A stretch of 63,850 bases of DNA, counting the filler, from Octopus bimaculoides (lineage: Eukaryota), in the NCBI RefSeq assembly GCF_001194135.2. It is 5 parts of 4 records of this genome, joined end to end, with 100 filler letters (N's around TTAATTAATTAA, not from the genome) between each part and the next. Parts side by side here need not be neighbours in the genome. Positions count along the whole stretch, not along the records: positions 1 to 31,877 come from NC_068983.1; 4 more parts are not named here. One strand, given 5' to 3'. The notes beneath the pieces were generated by a model. That model did no database searches, was not told the origin of the DNA, and saw only the letters and a program-made list of their open reading frames with translations. The position numbers and the translations under genes were made by a program. Of the stretch, positions 1 to 13,378 are shown one piece after another (position 1 is the first letter of the stretch; each line of letters begins with the position of its first letter).

Positions 1-1141
1 TATATATATACAATTGAAATAGAGGGACGCTTTACAGATTTCAGTTACGTTTTTTATATTGCGTTTTCAAATTCTCTTGAATTCGAATTTGTATTTTAGC
101 CACCAGAATAGTCTAAATATGAAACACGCTTTGTCGGATTGATATGATATTCTTTGTGAAATCGTTCCAAATTTGCGGGTTTACCTCTGCACAGGAGAGA
201 GAATATGGGGGTGAGAAGATAGTTAAAGTTCCATTGGAACAGGATTGCTATAGTGAAACAAATTGAAAAGTTGTAGAAAAGCATTTGAGATGGTCCAGAA
301 CTAATGGTGGTCGTAGAAATCCAAAGACTAGTGTTCCAAGCGGCATATTACAGAGTGTATAGAAGATATAGCAATGGGTTTTCAAGAAACAAAAGTAGAA
401 ATCGTATGTTATGCTATTGTCGTTGACTTCCTTGTGTAGCACCTTCTTATCTGTCATTGAGTAAGTCTCTGATGAAGATCAAAGCATTGTGATTATAACT
501 TATATTGAATAAGCTATGGCTGCATTATCCAATGGTAAGGTGAAGCTTGGTAGATAATTTTAGTTGGTGAAACAATTACATACAAGTCCAATGAGTGTCT
601 CGATACGATGGCTTTATAAAGAGACAGAAATTGTACCAGGAATCTTGAGTAAATAAAGGAAAATTACGTACGTCATTGTTTAGCATTTTTGTACTATGCA
701 CCATTAAGCACCTGTTAGAAAAACACAATTACTATAGCAAAACTGCTGCATAAATTCCTTTGAGCTTTTCAAATTACTTAAACATCTATTCTTTAGATAT
801 TGTCTGTTAGAATACTTACGTATGCAATGATTTAAGCATGATTTTACTCTTAAGATCTTCATTTGAAGACTGTATAGCCTTGGGTCGAGCTTACTGCGTG
901 GCACATATGTCGCTAAAAGTAACTTGAGGTACAATTAGGGGTTATTAGCGACATCTGGTCGTGTCAATTTAACGGAGGTCTGTCATATGTATGTGTGTGT
1001 GCATGCGTACGTGTAGTGTATCTACATACGTATACATACACACATACACATGAAAAGACGTGCGTACACACAGATACTTATATGTGTGTGTATTATACAT
1101 ATATATTTATGTGTATGTATGTATATATGTGTGTATATATA

Positions 1142-4100
1142 TGAAAGAATGTTTGAATATGCACTTATTTTAAAGATATTTATTTACTTAACCGGTTTCA
1201 CTTTTTTAGAAAGAGAATATCAAAAGTCTTTGAGAATAATAGAAAATGTTAAAAAACAGTTTGAGTATTAAAATACATATATACATTCTTTGATGATAAT
1301 AACAGGAATATATTTAAAGTATAAAGCTTTGTAAGAGCTGTGTAGTGTTACATACTGATTATCACACATTCTCTGATAATAAGACGAAAATGTTAAAAAC
1401 AGTGTAAGTATGAAAATACAGATATGGAAAAATACATATACATATTCTTTGATAATAATAGGAAATGTTAGAAACAGTTAAAGTATCAAAATACATATAT
1501 ACCTTCTTTGATAATAATAATAAGAATATGTTTGAAACAGTTTACAACGTTGTNNNNNNNNNNNNNNNNNNNNNNNNNNNNNNNNNNNNNNNNNNNNNNN
1601 NNNNNNNNNNNNNNNNNNNNNNNNNNNNNNNNNNNNNNNNNNNNNNNNNNNNNNNNNNNNNNNNNNNNNNNNNNNNNNNNNNNNNNNNNNNNNNNNNNNN
1701 NNNNNNNNNNNNNNNNNNNNNNNNNNNNNNNNNNNNNNNNNNNNNNNNNNNNNNNNNNNNNNNNNNNNNNNNNNNNNNNNNNNNNNNNNNNNNNNNNNNN
1801 NNNNNNNNNNNNNNNNNNNNNNNNNNNNNNNNNNNNNNNNNNNNNNNNNNNNNNNNNNNNNNNNNNNNNNNNNNNNNNNNNNNNNNNNNNNNNNNNNNNN
1901 NNNNNNNNNNNNNNNNNNNNNNNNNNNNNNNNNNNNNNNNNNNNNNNNNNNNNNNNNNNNNNNNNNNNNNNNNNNNNNNNNNNNNNNNNNNNNNNNNNNN
2001 NNNNNNNNNNNNNNNNNNNNNNNNNNNNNNNNNNGTATGTGTGTGTTTTATCTATGGTAGGATGGTGTGTGTATATGTGTGCACGTTTGTGTATGTGTGT
2101 ATGTGTGTGATTGGTATTTGTTAGGGTGTTGTGGGTGCGCATGTGTGTGTATGTGTTTGTTCGTGTGTGTGCGTGTGTGCGTTCGTGAGTGCGTGTGTAT
2201 GTGTGTTTGTGTGTTTTTTGTGTCAGTGGGCATGTTAAGTGTGTGTACGTGAGAGTGTGCGTGTATCTCTTTGTCTGAGTATGTATGTGTTGTTTTAATC
2301 GTCCTTGTGGTGTGTGTGTATGTGTGAGAGCAACCGTATGTATGTGTGAGGGTGAGTACGTATGTGTGCGTATGTGTGTGTATGTATGTGTGCATCTGTG
2401 TGTGTGTGGGAGTGTTTTGTGTGAGTGTGGGAGTGTGTGCGTGTCTCTCTGTCTGAGTGGCGTGTTGTTTTAAATATCCTTGTGGTGTGTAAGCAACCGT
2501 ATGTGTGTGATGGTTCATATGTATGTGTTTGTCTGTATGTGTGCGTGTGTGGCATGTGTATATGAGTATGTGTGTGTTTTATACCTCCCCGACAAATACA
2601 AGCCACATAGACGCACTCACACAAACACACCCACACGTATACACACGTATACTGCACTAACAATACAAACAAAACTCATCACTCACAATTACAGCGCACA
2701 CACACATGTACACATATACACCAGGAAACTACATAAACCATACCCACATACACACATACACACACATACAAACGCATACCCAGTACNNNNNNNNNNCATA
2801 AACCATACCCACATACACACATACACACACATACAAACGCATACCCAGTACCAACATACACGGAACACACATGCACACACATACACATCACCTGGATAAA
2901 CCCAACGTACAAGGACACCTGATAAATGCAACACACACATACTTGCTCACACACACATGCACCCTCATGCACACACATACAGTTGCTCCCTCACACACAC
3001 ACGCACCACAAGGACAATTCAAACACAAACATACTTAGAGACACACACAAACTCACGTACACACACCTAACATCCCCACCGACACAAAAAACACACAAAC
3101 ACATATACACACGCACTCACGNNNNNNNNNNNNNNNNNNNNNNNNNNNNNNNNNNNNNNNNNNNNNNNNNNNNNNNNNNNNNNNNNNNNNNNNNNNNNNN
3201 NNNNNNNNNNNNNNNNNNNNNNNNNNNNNNNNNNNNNNNNNNNNNNNNNNNNNNNNNNNNNNNNNNNNNNNNNNNNNNNNNNNNNNNNNNNNNNNNNNNN
3301 NNNNNNNNNNNNNNNNNNNNNNNNNNNNNNNNNNNNNNNNNNNNNNNNNNNNNNNNNNNNNNNNNNNNNNNNNNNNNNNNNNNNNNNNNNNNNNNNNNNN
3401 NNNNNNNNNNNNNNNNNNNNNNNNNNNNNNNNNNNNNNNNNNNNNNNNNNNNNNNNNNNNNNNNNNNNNNNNNNNNNNNNNNNNNNNNNNNNNNNNNNNN
3501 NNNNNNNNNNNNNNNNNNNNNNNNNNNNNNNNNNNNNNNNNNNNNNNNNNNNNNNNNNNNNNNNNNNNNNNNNNNNNNNNNNNNNNNNNNNNNNNNNNNN
3601 NNNNNNNNNNNNNNNNNNNNNNNNNNNNNNNNNNNNNNNNNNNNNNNNNNNNNNNNNNNNNNNNNNNNNNNNNNNNNNNNNNNNNNNNNNNNNNNNNNNN
3701 NNNNNNNNNNNNNNNNNNNNNNNNNNNNNNNNNNNNNNNNNNNNNNNNNNNNNNNNNNNNNNNNNNNNNNNNNNNNNNNNNNNNNNNNNNNNNNNNNNNN
3801 NNNNNNNNNNNNNNNNNNNNNNNNNNNNNNNNNNNNNNNNNNNNNNNNNNNNNNNNNNNNNNNNNNNNNNNNNNNNNNNNNNNNNNNNNNNNNNNNNNNN
3901 NNNNNNNNNNNNNNNNNNNNNNNNNNNNNNNNNNNNNNNNNNNNNNNNNNNNNNNNNNNNNNNNNCCTCACACATACATACGGTTTCTCTCTCACACATA
4001 CACCACAAGGACGATTAAAACAACACATACATACTCAGACAAAGAGATATACGCACACTCTCACGTACACACACCTAACATCCCCACCGACACAAAAAAC

Positions 4101-4753
4101 ACACAAACACATATACACACGCACTCACGAACGCACACCCGCACACACACGAACAAACACATACACACTTACACAAACGTGCACACATATACACACACCA
4201 TCCTACCATAGATAAAACACAAACATACTCATATACACATTCCACAATAAACTCTGGGACCAATAAAAACGGCACACACACACACACAGACACAAACACA
4301 CATATATACACACACCCATAGAGATGTGCACAAAACTAGTTCCAAAAACCAGTGTACCATGACAGACTAGCTCACAGACCAACCAAAAATCAAAAAATCC
4401 CTTTTAACTCTTCCTTCCTCCCACCCCAGCTAGCCATTCATATTGTCTCTTAAGACAGCAAACATTCCCTCAATACACACAAGAGAATAAAGCTAGGTCA
4501 GTTCCTCCTCAACTTTTTGCGAACTCTTAAATATATTTCCTGGGTATATATATATATATATACATATTTTACCAAATCCTTTTTGTTATAACAACGTTGT
4601 AAACTGTTTCAAACATATTCTTATTATTATTATCAAAGAATGTATATATGTATTTTGATACTTTAACTGTTTCTAACATTTCCTATTATTATCAAAGAAT
4701 ATGTATATGTATTTTTCCATATCTGTATTTTCATACTTACACTGTTTTTAACA
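1142..4753. mobile_element. Foldback-like large inverted repeat with internally repetitive arms
   Basis: About 1390-1553 is the near-perfect reverse complement of 4590-4753. The TG-rich block 2035-2340 is mirrored by the CA-rich block 3965-4230, and the strand switch lies near 2590. The left end 1142-1230 matches the TIR of the MITE at 20702-21134. The arms carry ~60-bp AT-rich subrepeats and a degenerate (CA)-rich minisatellite. The right terminus would fall in the gap 4754-5224. Confidence 0.55.
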
Positions 4754-5329
4754 NNNNNNNNNNNNNNNNNNNNNNNNNNNNNNNNNNNNNNNNNNNNNNN
4801 NNNNNNNNNNNNNNNNNNNNNNNNNNNNNNNNNNNNNNNNNNNNNNNNNNNNNNNNNNNNNNNNNNNNNNNNNNNNNNNNNNNNNNNNNNNNNNNNNNNN
4901 NNNNNNNNNNNNNNNNNNNNNNNNNNNNNNNNNNNNNNNNNNNNNNNNNNNNNNNNNNNNNNNNNNNNNNNNNNNNNNNNNNNNNNNNNNNNNNNNNNNN
5001 NNNNNNNNNNNNNNNNNNNNNNNNNNNNNNNNNNNNNNNNNNNNNNNNNNNNNNNNNNNNNNNNNNNNNNNNNNNNNNNNNNNNNNNNNNNNNNNNNNNN
5101 NNNNNNNNNNNNNNNNNNNNNNNNNNNNNNNNNNNNNNNNNNNNNNNNNNNNNNNNNNNNNNNNNNNNNNNNNNNNNNNNNNNNNNNNNNNNNNNNNNNN
5201 NNNNNNNNNNNNNNNNNNNNNNNNTATATATATGTTTCATAATATATCTGTAGAATTTCAATAATTCAGAAAAAAAAAATAACAGTAACCTAGTAGAATT
5301 TTATAGCAAACAAATAGAATTTTATTAGA

Positions 5330-5650
5330 ATCATGAGAACATTTCTATGTGGACTCCTTTGGGTTGCCGCAACATTCTAAACGATGCTCAGTTTCTGAAC
5401 ATGTACTTTGGCTCATCCCCTCATCAATGTTGGATATGTCTTTGTGAATATTTTCCTTGTGATCATTGAACTTTTGTACGACAAATCTATTTTTAATGTA
5501 GCTTCATAAGAAGTCCGTGTGGTGGGGTTATATCTGGTGATCTACTTGACCAGAGAATTCGAACCTCTCTTGCAATTTGCCGGTTTGAGAAATTTTCAAG
5601 CCTTAATGGAGAAGCAACTATCTTGTTGCAAAATTACTGTTGGTTTCAGA
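5330..5650 (-). mobile_element. Tc1/mariner transposase C-terminal remnant
   Basis: Frameshifted minus-strand translation gives ILQQD...LWSSRSPDITP...EHRLECC...KGVHIEM. This matches the QQD / WPPRSPDLTPxD / RL..C....G.H.E motifs of mariner-like transposases. Confidence 0.7.
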
Positions 5651-6943
5651 GAAATTGATTCATGGATATGAACTTCAATATATACAATAAAATTGTAGGA
5701 GTTGTAAACATAATTTATGGACATACAGTAAAGATGAATGTGTATATGTATGGATTTGTCTGTAACATTGTGTGTATGTATGTGTGAGTGTGTGTGTGCG
5801 TATATGTGTGTGCACATAGGAACCATATGTGTTCGTTTATTACAAAAATTACTATATTACATTAAAAGTGAATGAATGTCCTACGATGTAATTGCTTCAC
5901 ATTCAGCATAGGCTTTTAGATAAAATCACTTGTTTGAGAAGTCTTCTACATCTCCCAAAAGTATTGCATTGCTTTCCTTTTTAAAATTTTGTTATTCATG
6001 TCTTTATCAATTTTTTCATCCTTATCTTGGAATAGATTTCATGTTTTATTACAATTAGTCCCTCTTAGCCTCAAGTGTTTTCTGAGTTGAGCTGCGTGCA
6101 AAATGATGAATAAATAAAATTACTATACTCAAAATTGTGATACCTTTTGAAAGAAATTAATGCTATTGTACACGTGCCATGTATACTATTCAATAGACAG
6201 CATATATTTAGCCCATTTCAGAAGCTATAACATGTTTGTTCCGGTGCCAAATATCTTTGTTTAGGATTAACAATCTATGTTTGAGTTACATAGAACCAAT
6301 TCGTAAGTTAGGTACAAGGTTTTGCCAAAAGGTAACAAGTGAACCTCTATTCAGCAAGTTTATCTTTTGTCTTAAGGATAAATGTACAATGGTCTTATAC
6401 ACACTTATCTACTTCATTATCTTTTCATACTTAATAATATCCCTCACAATTTACATCATTTTGCCGTACATTCCTTTCTTTTCCAATTTCATCGCTTTTT
6501 GTTTATCTTAAACTTGTTGGCCGCTCAAGACATCTAGCAATTCAAATATTTGAACTCGTGGTAAATTCACCTAGTTGCTGCCAAATAATTAGTTTCCTTC
6601 GACATTTTGAGAAATACTCCTAACAAGTTCAGACAATTTCTATCTAAACTTAATATAGTTCTTCAAAATAGAATCTTTATAATCGATTTTCATACNNNNN
6701 NNNNNNNNNNNNNNNNNNNNNNNNNNNNNNNNNNNNNNNNNNNNNNNNNNNNNNNNNNNNNNNNNNNNNNNNNNNNNNNNNNNNNNNNNNNNNNNNNNNN
6801 NNNNNNNNNNNNNNNNNNNNNNNNNNNNNNNNNNNNNNNNNNNNNNNNNNNNNNNNNNNNNNNNNNNNNNNNNNNNNNNNNNNNNNNNNNNNNNNNNNNN
6901 NNNNNNNNNNNNNNNNNNNNNNNNNNNNNNNNNNNNNNNNNNN

Positions 6944-7030
<87 letters not shown>

Positions 7031-7538
7031 ATATAGTCGTACGTGTGTGTAAGTATACATGCATGCAGGCGGGAAAGCACACACAGACTCGTATGCACAC
7101 GTGTACAGACACAATAATATGTTCAAGCATGCAAACAAAGATAACATACACACATACAGACATTCTTACATTTAGATATACGTTGAACCATAGATACATG
7201 GATATGGAAAGATAGATAGCTAGTTAGATAAATATATACACAATACACTTACATGCACACACCTATATCTATTAAACATATTTTAACTGAAAAGTGTAAC
7301 ATTGCCAGAAAGTGTAGGCTCGTGACTTGATCATAGCGTTCCAGGGGAAATCGAATAAACTTTCCGTGTATGGGTTTTATATCTGATATGGTGTACGAGG
7401 TGGGAATATATAGGTATATCAGTGGCAGTGTCGGAAATATATATCTAAAATATAAAGAGAAATAAAGAATTATATATGTGTATCAGTGTACGTATATATC
7501 AATGTATGTATGTTTGAATGTGTTTATGTATATGTAAA

Positions 7539-7578
<40 letters not shown>

Positions 7579-7772
7579 NNNNNNNNNNNNNNNNNNNNNN
7601 NNNNNNNNNNNNNNNNNNNNNNNNNNNNNNNNNNNNNNNNNNNNNNNNNNNNNNNNNNNNNNNNNNNNNNNNNNNNNNNNNNNNNNNNNNNNNNNNNNNN
7701 NNNNNNNNNNNNNNNNNNNNNNNNNNNNNNNNNNNNNNNNNNNNNNNNNNNNNNNNNNNNNNNNNNNNNNNN

Positions 7773-7929
7773 TGAAGAGCAATCTTCAGCTGCACGAAAA
7801 TGCAGAAAATTACTGTAGAAAAGACATATTATAAATGTTGCCACTTGGATTTGAAATATTGCCACATTTATAATATGTCTTTTCTACAGTAATTTTCTGC
7901 ATTTTCGTGCAGCTGAAGATTGCTCTTCA
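7773..7929. repeat. Perfect 66-bp inverted repeat with a 25-nt loop
   Basis: 7773-7838 is the exact reverse complement of 7864-7929. The left arm begins at a gap edge. Confidence 0.9.
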
Positions 7930-8299
7930 TATTGCATTTAATGTAATGCTCGCATTACTTAAATAAATTGGAGTAGTATGAAAGGTGCTTATATATATAT
8001 ACGCGCATACATATGGATATATGTATGTGTGTGTCTATGTACTCATATGGAAAACGGGATTCAAATAATGTAACAATCAGAGCATGTACTCCATAGGTAT
8101 TTGGATCGCAAGAATACAAAAGCTATGTGTAGAATCAAATTTAATGTCACTGTCCCTCTGAAAATCCAGGGATGACAATGATGGAGTATATAATAATTAA
8201 TCGAATTCGGAAGAAAAGAGAAGTAAAAGATATTTATTTCACATGTTGTCAGATGTATCTTTCTCCGTTACATCATCGATGCCAATAATTTTTTCTGTT

Positions 8300-8501
8300 A
8301 TTGGCACAAGGCCTGAAATTTGAAAGAAGGGGATAGTCGATTACATCGACCCCCAGTTCTCAAATAGTACTTATTTTATCAATCACGAAAAAGAAAATGC
8401 AAAATCGACGTCGGCGGATTTGAACTGAAATCGTGAAGACAGACGAAATATCGCTAAGCATTTCGTCCGGCATGCTAATAATTTTGCTGGCTCACCGCCT
8501 T
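8300..8501 (-). mobile_element. tRNA-derived SINE, family A
   Basis: Reverse complement of the GGCGGTGAGCTGGCAGAATC head with a B-box-like GTTCAAAT and the GATAAAATAAGTAC...GGGGTCGATGTAATCGAC body. It is homologous to 10409-10615. Confidence 0.85.
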
Positions 8502-8573
8502 GATCGACGTTAATAATATGTTGCAAAATAAGTGTTGCATGCTATATTTTATATCACCCTATATATATATGTG

Positions 8574-8625
<52 letters not shown>

Positions 8626-8959
8626 CGTATATGTAGATGTACACGTATAGTTGTGTATAACATATGTATGTTAACACAGATAACAAGATAAAATCAACGG
8701 TTTTTTAAAATTCATAAACTCTAAAACAAATAGGCGCAAGAAATTTGATTTATTGTACGGGTTTGGAGCACAGATTTAAAATTCGAAAGTTCAAACGTTT
8801 AACTAAGTGCTCTTGTGGTTAATTGCTCACAATTATTGCAGGAATAAATTATGGGTAAAGATGTATTCGTGAGTTAGAGTACATTTTGCAAACACGTATA
8901 TTCAATGTATAGTCATATCAAATTCAGTTATGACATGGAGTATTATAATTGGTTTCAAA

Positions 8960-9165
8960 CTTTGGCACACAGCCAGCAAGTTCGAGGGAGGGATCAGTCG
9001 ATTACCTCAACCCCAGTGTTCCACCGGTAGCTATTTTATCGACTCCGAATGGATGAAAGGCAAAGCCGACCTCAAGAGAATTTTGAACTCAGATCATGGA
9101 GACAGACGAAATGCTGCTAAGCAATTCACTCGACATGCTAACGTTTCTGTTACTTCACCAGCTTT
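8960..9165 (-). mobile_element. tRNA-derived SINE, family A
   Basis: Same consensus blocks (GTCGATTAC..CCCCAGT, GGATGAAAGGCAAAG, TTTGAACTCAG, GACGAAATGC.GCTAAGCA). Confidence 0.85.
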
Positions 9166-9609
9166 CATGAAGTATGGTTATTATACAAGGGTGTATTCGG
9201 AACGGTCTCATACTTTTTATTATAAACACGACATTTCGACCTCTCCATCTCTTCTTGATTTCCGAAACGTCTAAGGATTCTGTAACGGAAACCAGTATTG
9301 AACACACAGATGTAAATTTTTTCTTTTTTATTTTCGCCATCCAGGAGAATATACGTGTAATACTGAACAGAATGAGAGCAAGGCACCCCTGAAGATTTAT
9401 AAAGGGTAATAGTCCAGATTTCTAGAACGTTATATAGTACTATAGGAAGCTGAAAAAGGCAGGTCTGTAAACTATATAAAATAGTGTGACTATAGCAACA
9501 TGAATTATCAGATAAGCCTCAGGTTACAGCTTACAAGTGTTCGAGCTGAATTAAATAAAAGAAAATACAGTATCTCCTCTAAAATAAACTATATTAAAAA
9601 CTAAAAAAA

Positions 9610-9950
9610 ATTATCGATTAGATTATAACTGGAAGTATCCGCTCCAAACTTCCACAAATTATGTGTCTCCGGAACTCGGTACATGCGTTACTTGGACGAT
9701 TTTTGAACTCCTCTTTGATCTTGGTTAGCAGATCGGCTTTGGTGTTGCTAGCATAGCAGTTGATATCTTTCCCAACTGCGCCTTGCAGGAAGTGGGACTG
9801 GTGAGGTGGTAGAAATACTCCAGCAATAATTTCTTAATCTTTTCGGGGTTATGGTAAAGAACTAAAATCCTTCTACGATAGATATGACCTCACGGTGGCA
9901 GCTCTCCCCAGCAGGGTTCGACCACAATTTTCATGAGCTTCACATAACTA
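9610..9950 (-). mobile_element. Tc1/mariner (maT/mariner-like) transposase remnant, internally deleted
   Basis: Minus-strand pieces YVKLMKIVVEP..., ...YFYHLTSP..., GKDINCYASNTKADLLTKIKEEFKN, NACTEFRRH resemble the C-terminal half of DDD-type mariner-like transposases. Confidence 0.65.
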
Positions 9951-9955
9951 TCTGA

Positions 9956-10088
9956 ATTTATCGACTCCGAAGGGGATGAATATCAAAGTCTGCCTCAGCG
10001 TAATGAGAACTTACGTCGTAAAGATGGACGAAATGCTGCTAAGCGTTTTGCCCAACGTTTTAACGATTATGCCAGATCACTGCCTTAA
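9956..10088 (-). mobile_element. tRNA-derived SINE, family A (5' half, diverged)
   Basis: TTTATCGACTCCGAAGGGGATGAA...GACGAAATGCTGCTAAGC...AACGATTATGCCAG...GCCTT. Confidence 0.75.
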
Positions 10089-10408
10089 ATGCCATAGATA
10101 TTGATGTTGAGATATAACTTATTCATTGAGATACCTATAGGGAATATACATTTGAACATTTTAATTTTAACCTTAAAATATATAATGCATAACTATATAA
10201 CCTACAACTCAATTAATTTTCCGCAGATGAAATATTTCAACACAATTATACGATTCTATAACAAACGTACTCTTCTGGTAAATACCAGGAGCGTTTATTG
10301 AAGGAAATGCAAAATGTCAGAATATGTTTATGTAATATTACGTTTAACATATTTATCTAATTTAAAGTCGGGCACATATTTCTCTAATATAATATTAAAG
10401 CGCACGAA

Positions 10409-10615
10409 GGCGGTGAGCTGGCAGAATCGTTAGCACGCCGGGCAAAATGCTTAACAGTATTTCTTCTGCCATTACGTTCAGAGTTCAAATGCCGCCGACG
10501 TCGACTTTGCCTTTCATCTTTTCGGTGGTCGATAAATTAAGTACCAGTTACGCACTGGGGTCGATGCAATCGACTAGCCCCCTCCTCCACAAAACATAAT
10601 TCGGACCTTGTAGAA
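10409..10615 (+). mobile_element. tRNA-derived SINE, family A (best-preserved copy)
   Basis: A-box-like TGGCAGAATCG and B-box-like GTTCAAATGCC, followed by GCCTTTCATCTTTTCGGTGGTCGATAAATTAAGTACCAG. From memory this resembles described octopus tRNA-SINEs (OK/OR group) and a MetaSINE-like central domain; the family name is not verified. Confidence 0.9.
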
Positions 10616-11064
10616 AAGAATATTTAAACATATGTTTACCTAATATACGTTTGAAGAATATAATATGCAATTGTATTTCATGATATTCAAGAATATGTGT
10701 AAGCATATGTTCATAAGTTTTTATTAGTGCTAATACACTTGCCAGCTTACTTCCTATACGGAGATTAGGTAGACCATCTTCTCACCAGTTTCATGTCTTT
10801 GCAGTGCACAAAGACTAATTAGGATTAGCAAATTCTTACTCTGTTTTGTTTACTTCGTTACAGGTAATCAAGACAAAAATATAATTTATTCGTAACGACA
10901 TACTTATGAAATAACCCGAATCTCTCCAATAAAAGCAAATTTATTTAAGGTGTGAAAATAAGCATATATTACTACACGCTTAAAAAGTTGCTTCAGCATA
11001 ATAAAGTATGACTAAGAAGATACACATGTAGATCTCACAAATTGGTAGCAAATTCTTCACTAGG

Positions 11065-11250
11065 ATATCGGATTGGATACATCTCGACTTTGCGAAGGCC
11101 TTCCATAAAGTCGCTCATCGAATAGCATGTCACAAACTTCGTGACCTCGGCATAATTGGATATCTTGGGGAGTGGCTAAACGACTTTTCAAAAGATAGAA
11201 GTTAGGCACTGGTTACCGATGGCGCCATCTCTAAAGAAAAAGAATTAGTG
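11065..11250 (+). mobile_element. CR1-like LINE reverse transcriptase fragment
   Basis: Translation IHLDFAKAFHKVAHRIACHKLRDLGIIGYLGEWLNDFSKDRS*ALVTDGAIS matches the D.(I)YLDF.KAFD.V.H...KL...GI.G....W...FL..R.Q motif of CR1/L2-type RT. Confidence 0.85.
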
Positions 11251-12316
11251 ACCATCCTCAATACAACAATATCTGTTTTAACACACGAGTTCACATAAGG
11301 ATTCTTGCAAAACGAATACATAAACGTATATATATATATATTCTGTTGTGTCTGGGGAGAGTAATTCTGTTTTAATGCCTTACTATTTAACACACTCAGC
11401 AGTTTAATTTCCCCTCATTCATTGTATTTTTTTAAAAAATTTTCGTTACTTCTTCCAAACTCTTCAATAGTTCTTGACTCTGTCCGTTATCGGAACTGCT
11501 TTCTTCTTGCTTGTTTGTGCGCATGTGTATGCGTCAGTATGTATGTGTATACAGATATATACGTATGTATGTATGTTTGCGTCTGTGTGTGCATATATAT
11601 ATATAAATATATATATATATGCGTGCGCATATATATATGTGTGTGTGTGTACATTAGTGCCTTGTGTGAATGTAAGTGTATCAGACATATAAATGGTTAT
11701 ACTCAGTTAAAGAGTGCATTGGATTCCCTTAGTATTTGATAAGCATAACACATACGGTTGAATATACCTTTTGTAGGTCTATGTTATTAGGAAGCAGTAA
11801 CAGGAGGCTTCGGTGTCGAATTACTTTCTAAAATAAATTCATTGGTGTAAGTTATAACAAAATGAGATATCAACTGTTTAAATGACTTGTGTATAGATAT
11901 AAAGAATAAAAGCAGGGGATATGTATCAACAAAAATATATTGTTAATTCAGAGATTGTTAATGGAAGGAAATATTTGTACAATACACGTATATTCGCAAT
12001 CGACACAAGTGAATACTTCTTGTATGGAATTTACTAAAATGAACTGAGGCAATATTAATTTCAAATGCCGATACAATGAGATTTTGCTGCAATGTTTGAA
12101 ATGCTATTGATACTCCTCGGTTGACATAACCATCTGATGATTAGAGTGAAACAAGAAAATTATATGAAGACAAGATATTGATTTTTATTTAACTATTAAG
12201 TACAGTAATCTTCACTTTCTCTTTTGTAGTATGATGTTCATGTTACAACTTGAAATTGCATGTATATGTATGCGTGTACAATAATACGTACCTACATATA
12301 CGTACATATATGGATA

Positions 12317-12362
<46 letters not shown>

Positions 12363-12401
12363 TTATATGTATACATATATGTACATATATGTATGCATAT
12401 G

Positions 12402-12452
<51 letters not shown>

Positions 12453-12934
12453 ATATACAGATGTATATACATACATATAGATATATACACACGCATATAT
12501 ACACACTCTCCCTCTCTCTCGCTCTCTCTCTCTCTGGCACACACACACACATGTGGTAGTTCACAGTAGATATTTCAATTCATCTAAACGAGAGTAGAAT
12601 TTTATTAAAATTTCTCTTTATGTAAGTCAAACTTAATTTAATTATAGCTATAGCAACAATATCCGAAATAAGTGAAAACAGAAAAATGGAAGAATTTTGT
12701 ATTCTTCTTTCGAAGTCGATATAATGATAAGATATTCGATATGGGGTTTAAAAAGGATATATAAATACATGAAGGATTTTTGTAAGGTTGTTTGTTTCTT
12801 TCCCGACCCATAAACAGGTGAGTGTAGTGTTCGTTATTTATATTAGTATATAGCTGCGTTTATAGACTTGCTACATTCTAATGCTGCTGAACGTGAGAGT
12901 CTGAGTCCCGATGTAAGACGGCTCAAATAATAAT

Positions 12935-12977
<43 letters not shown>

Positions 12978-13014
12978 GTTATACACGCGCGCACACGCAC
13001 ATGTAGATATATAT

Positions 13015-13285
13015 TCTTTTTATTATTTTACTTTTTCTTTTCATTTGACAGTGGCCATGCTGGGGCACCGCCTGGGTCTCAAATAAATCGAGACCCAGAA
13101 CTTGTTTTCTTCTTTTGAGGCTGGTAATTATTCTACCGGCCCCATTTACCAACACGCTAATTTAATTGGACATAGACACACTATTCTTGACTGGTTGTCA
13201 AGTGGTGTGCCGCACAAACACATACACAAACACACACATAAACACACACACGCACACACAAACGCACGCATGCATACTCACACGT

Positions 13286-13324
<39 letters not shown>

Positions 13325-13334
13325 TATTTATACG

Positions 13335-13378
<44 letters not shown>

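Noticed and set aside
100-930. Possible MULE-like transposase relic on the plus strand (IITYIE*A...HFCTMHH)
   Set aside because: Stop density is near random, and the motif spacing (about 60 aa versus about 20 aa in MULE) does not fit.
1244-1553. CRISPR-like regularly spaced repeats
   Set aside because: The units are degenerate tandem copies without unique spacers, the context is eukaryotic, and there are no cas genes.
6170-6694. Protein-like minus-strand reading with spaced stops
   Set aside because: No recognisable motif. It is possibly an ancient TE but cannot be supported.
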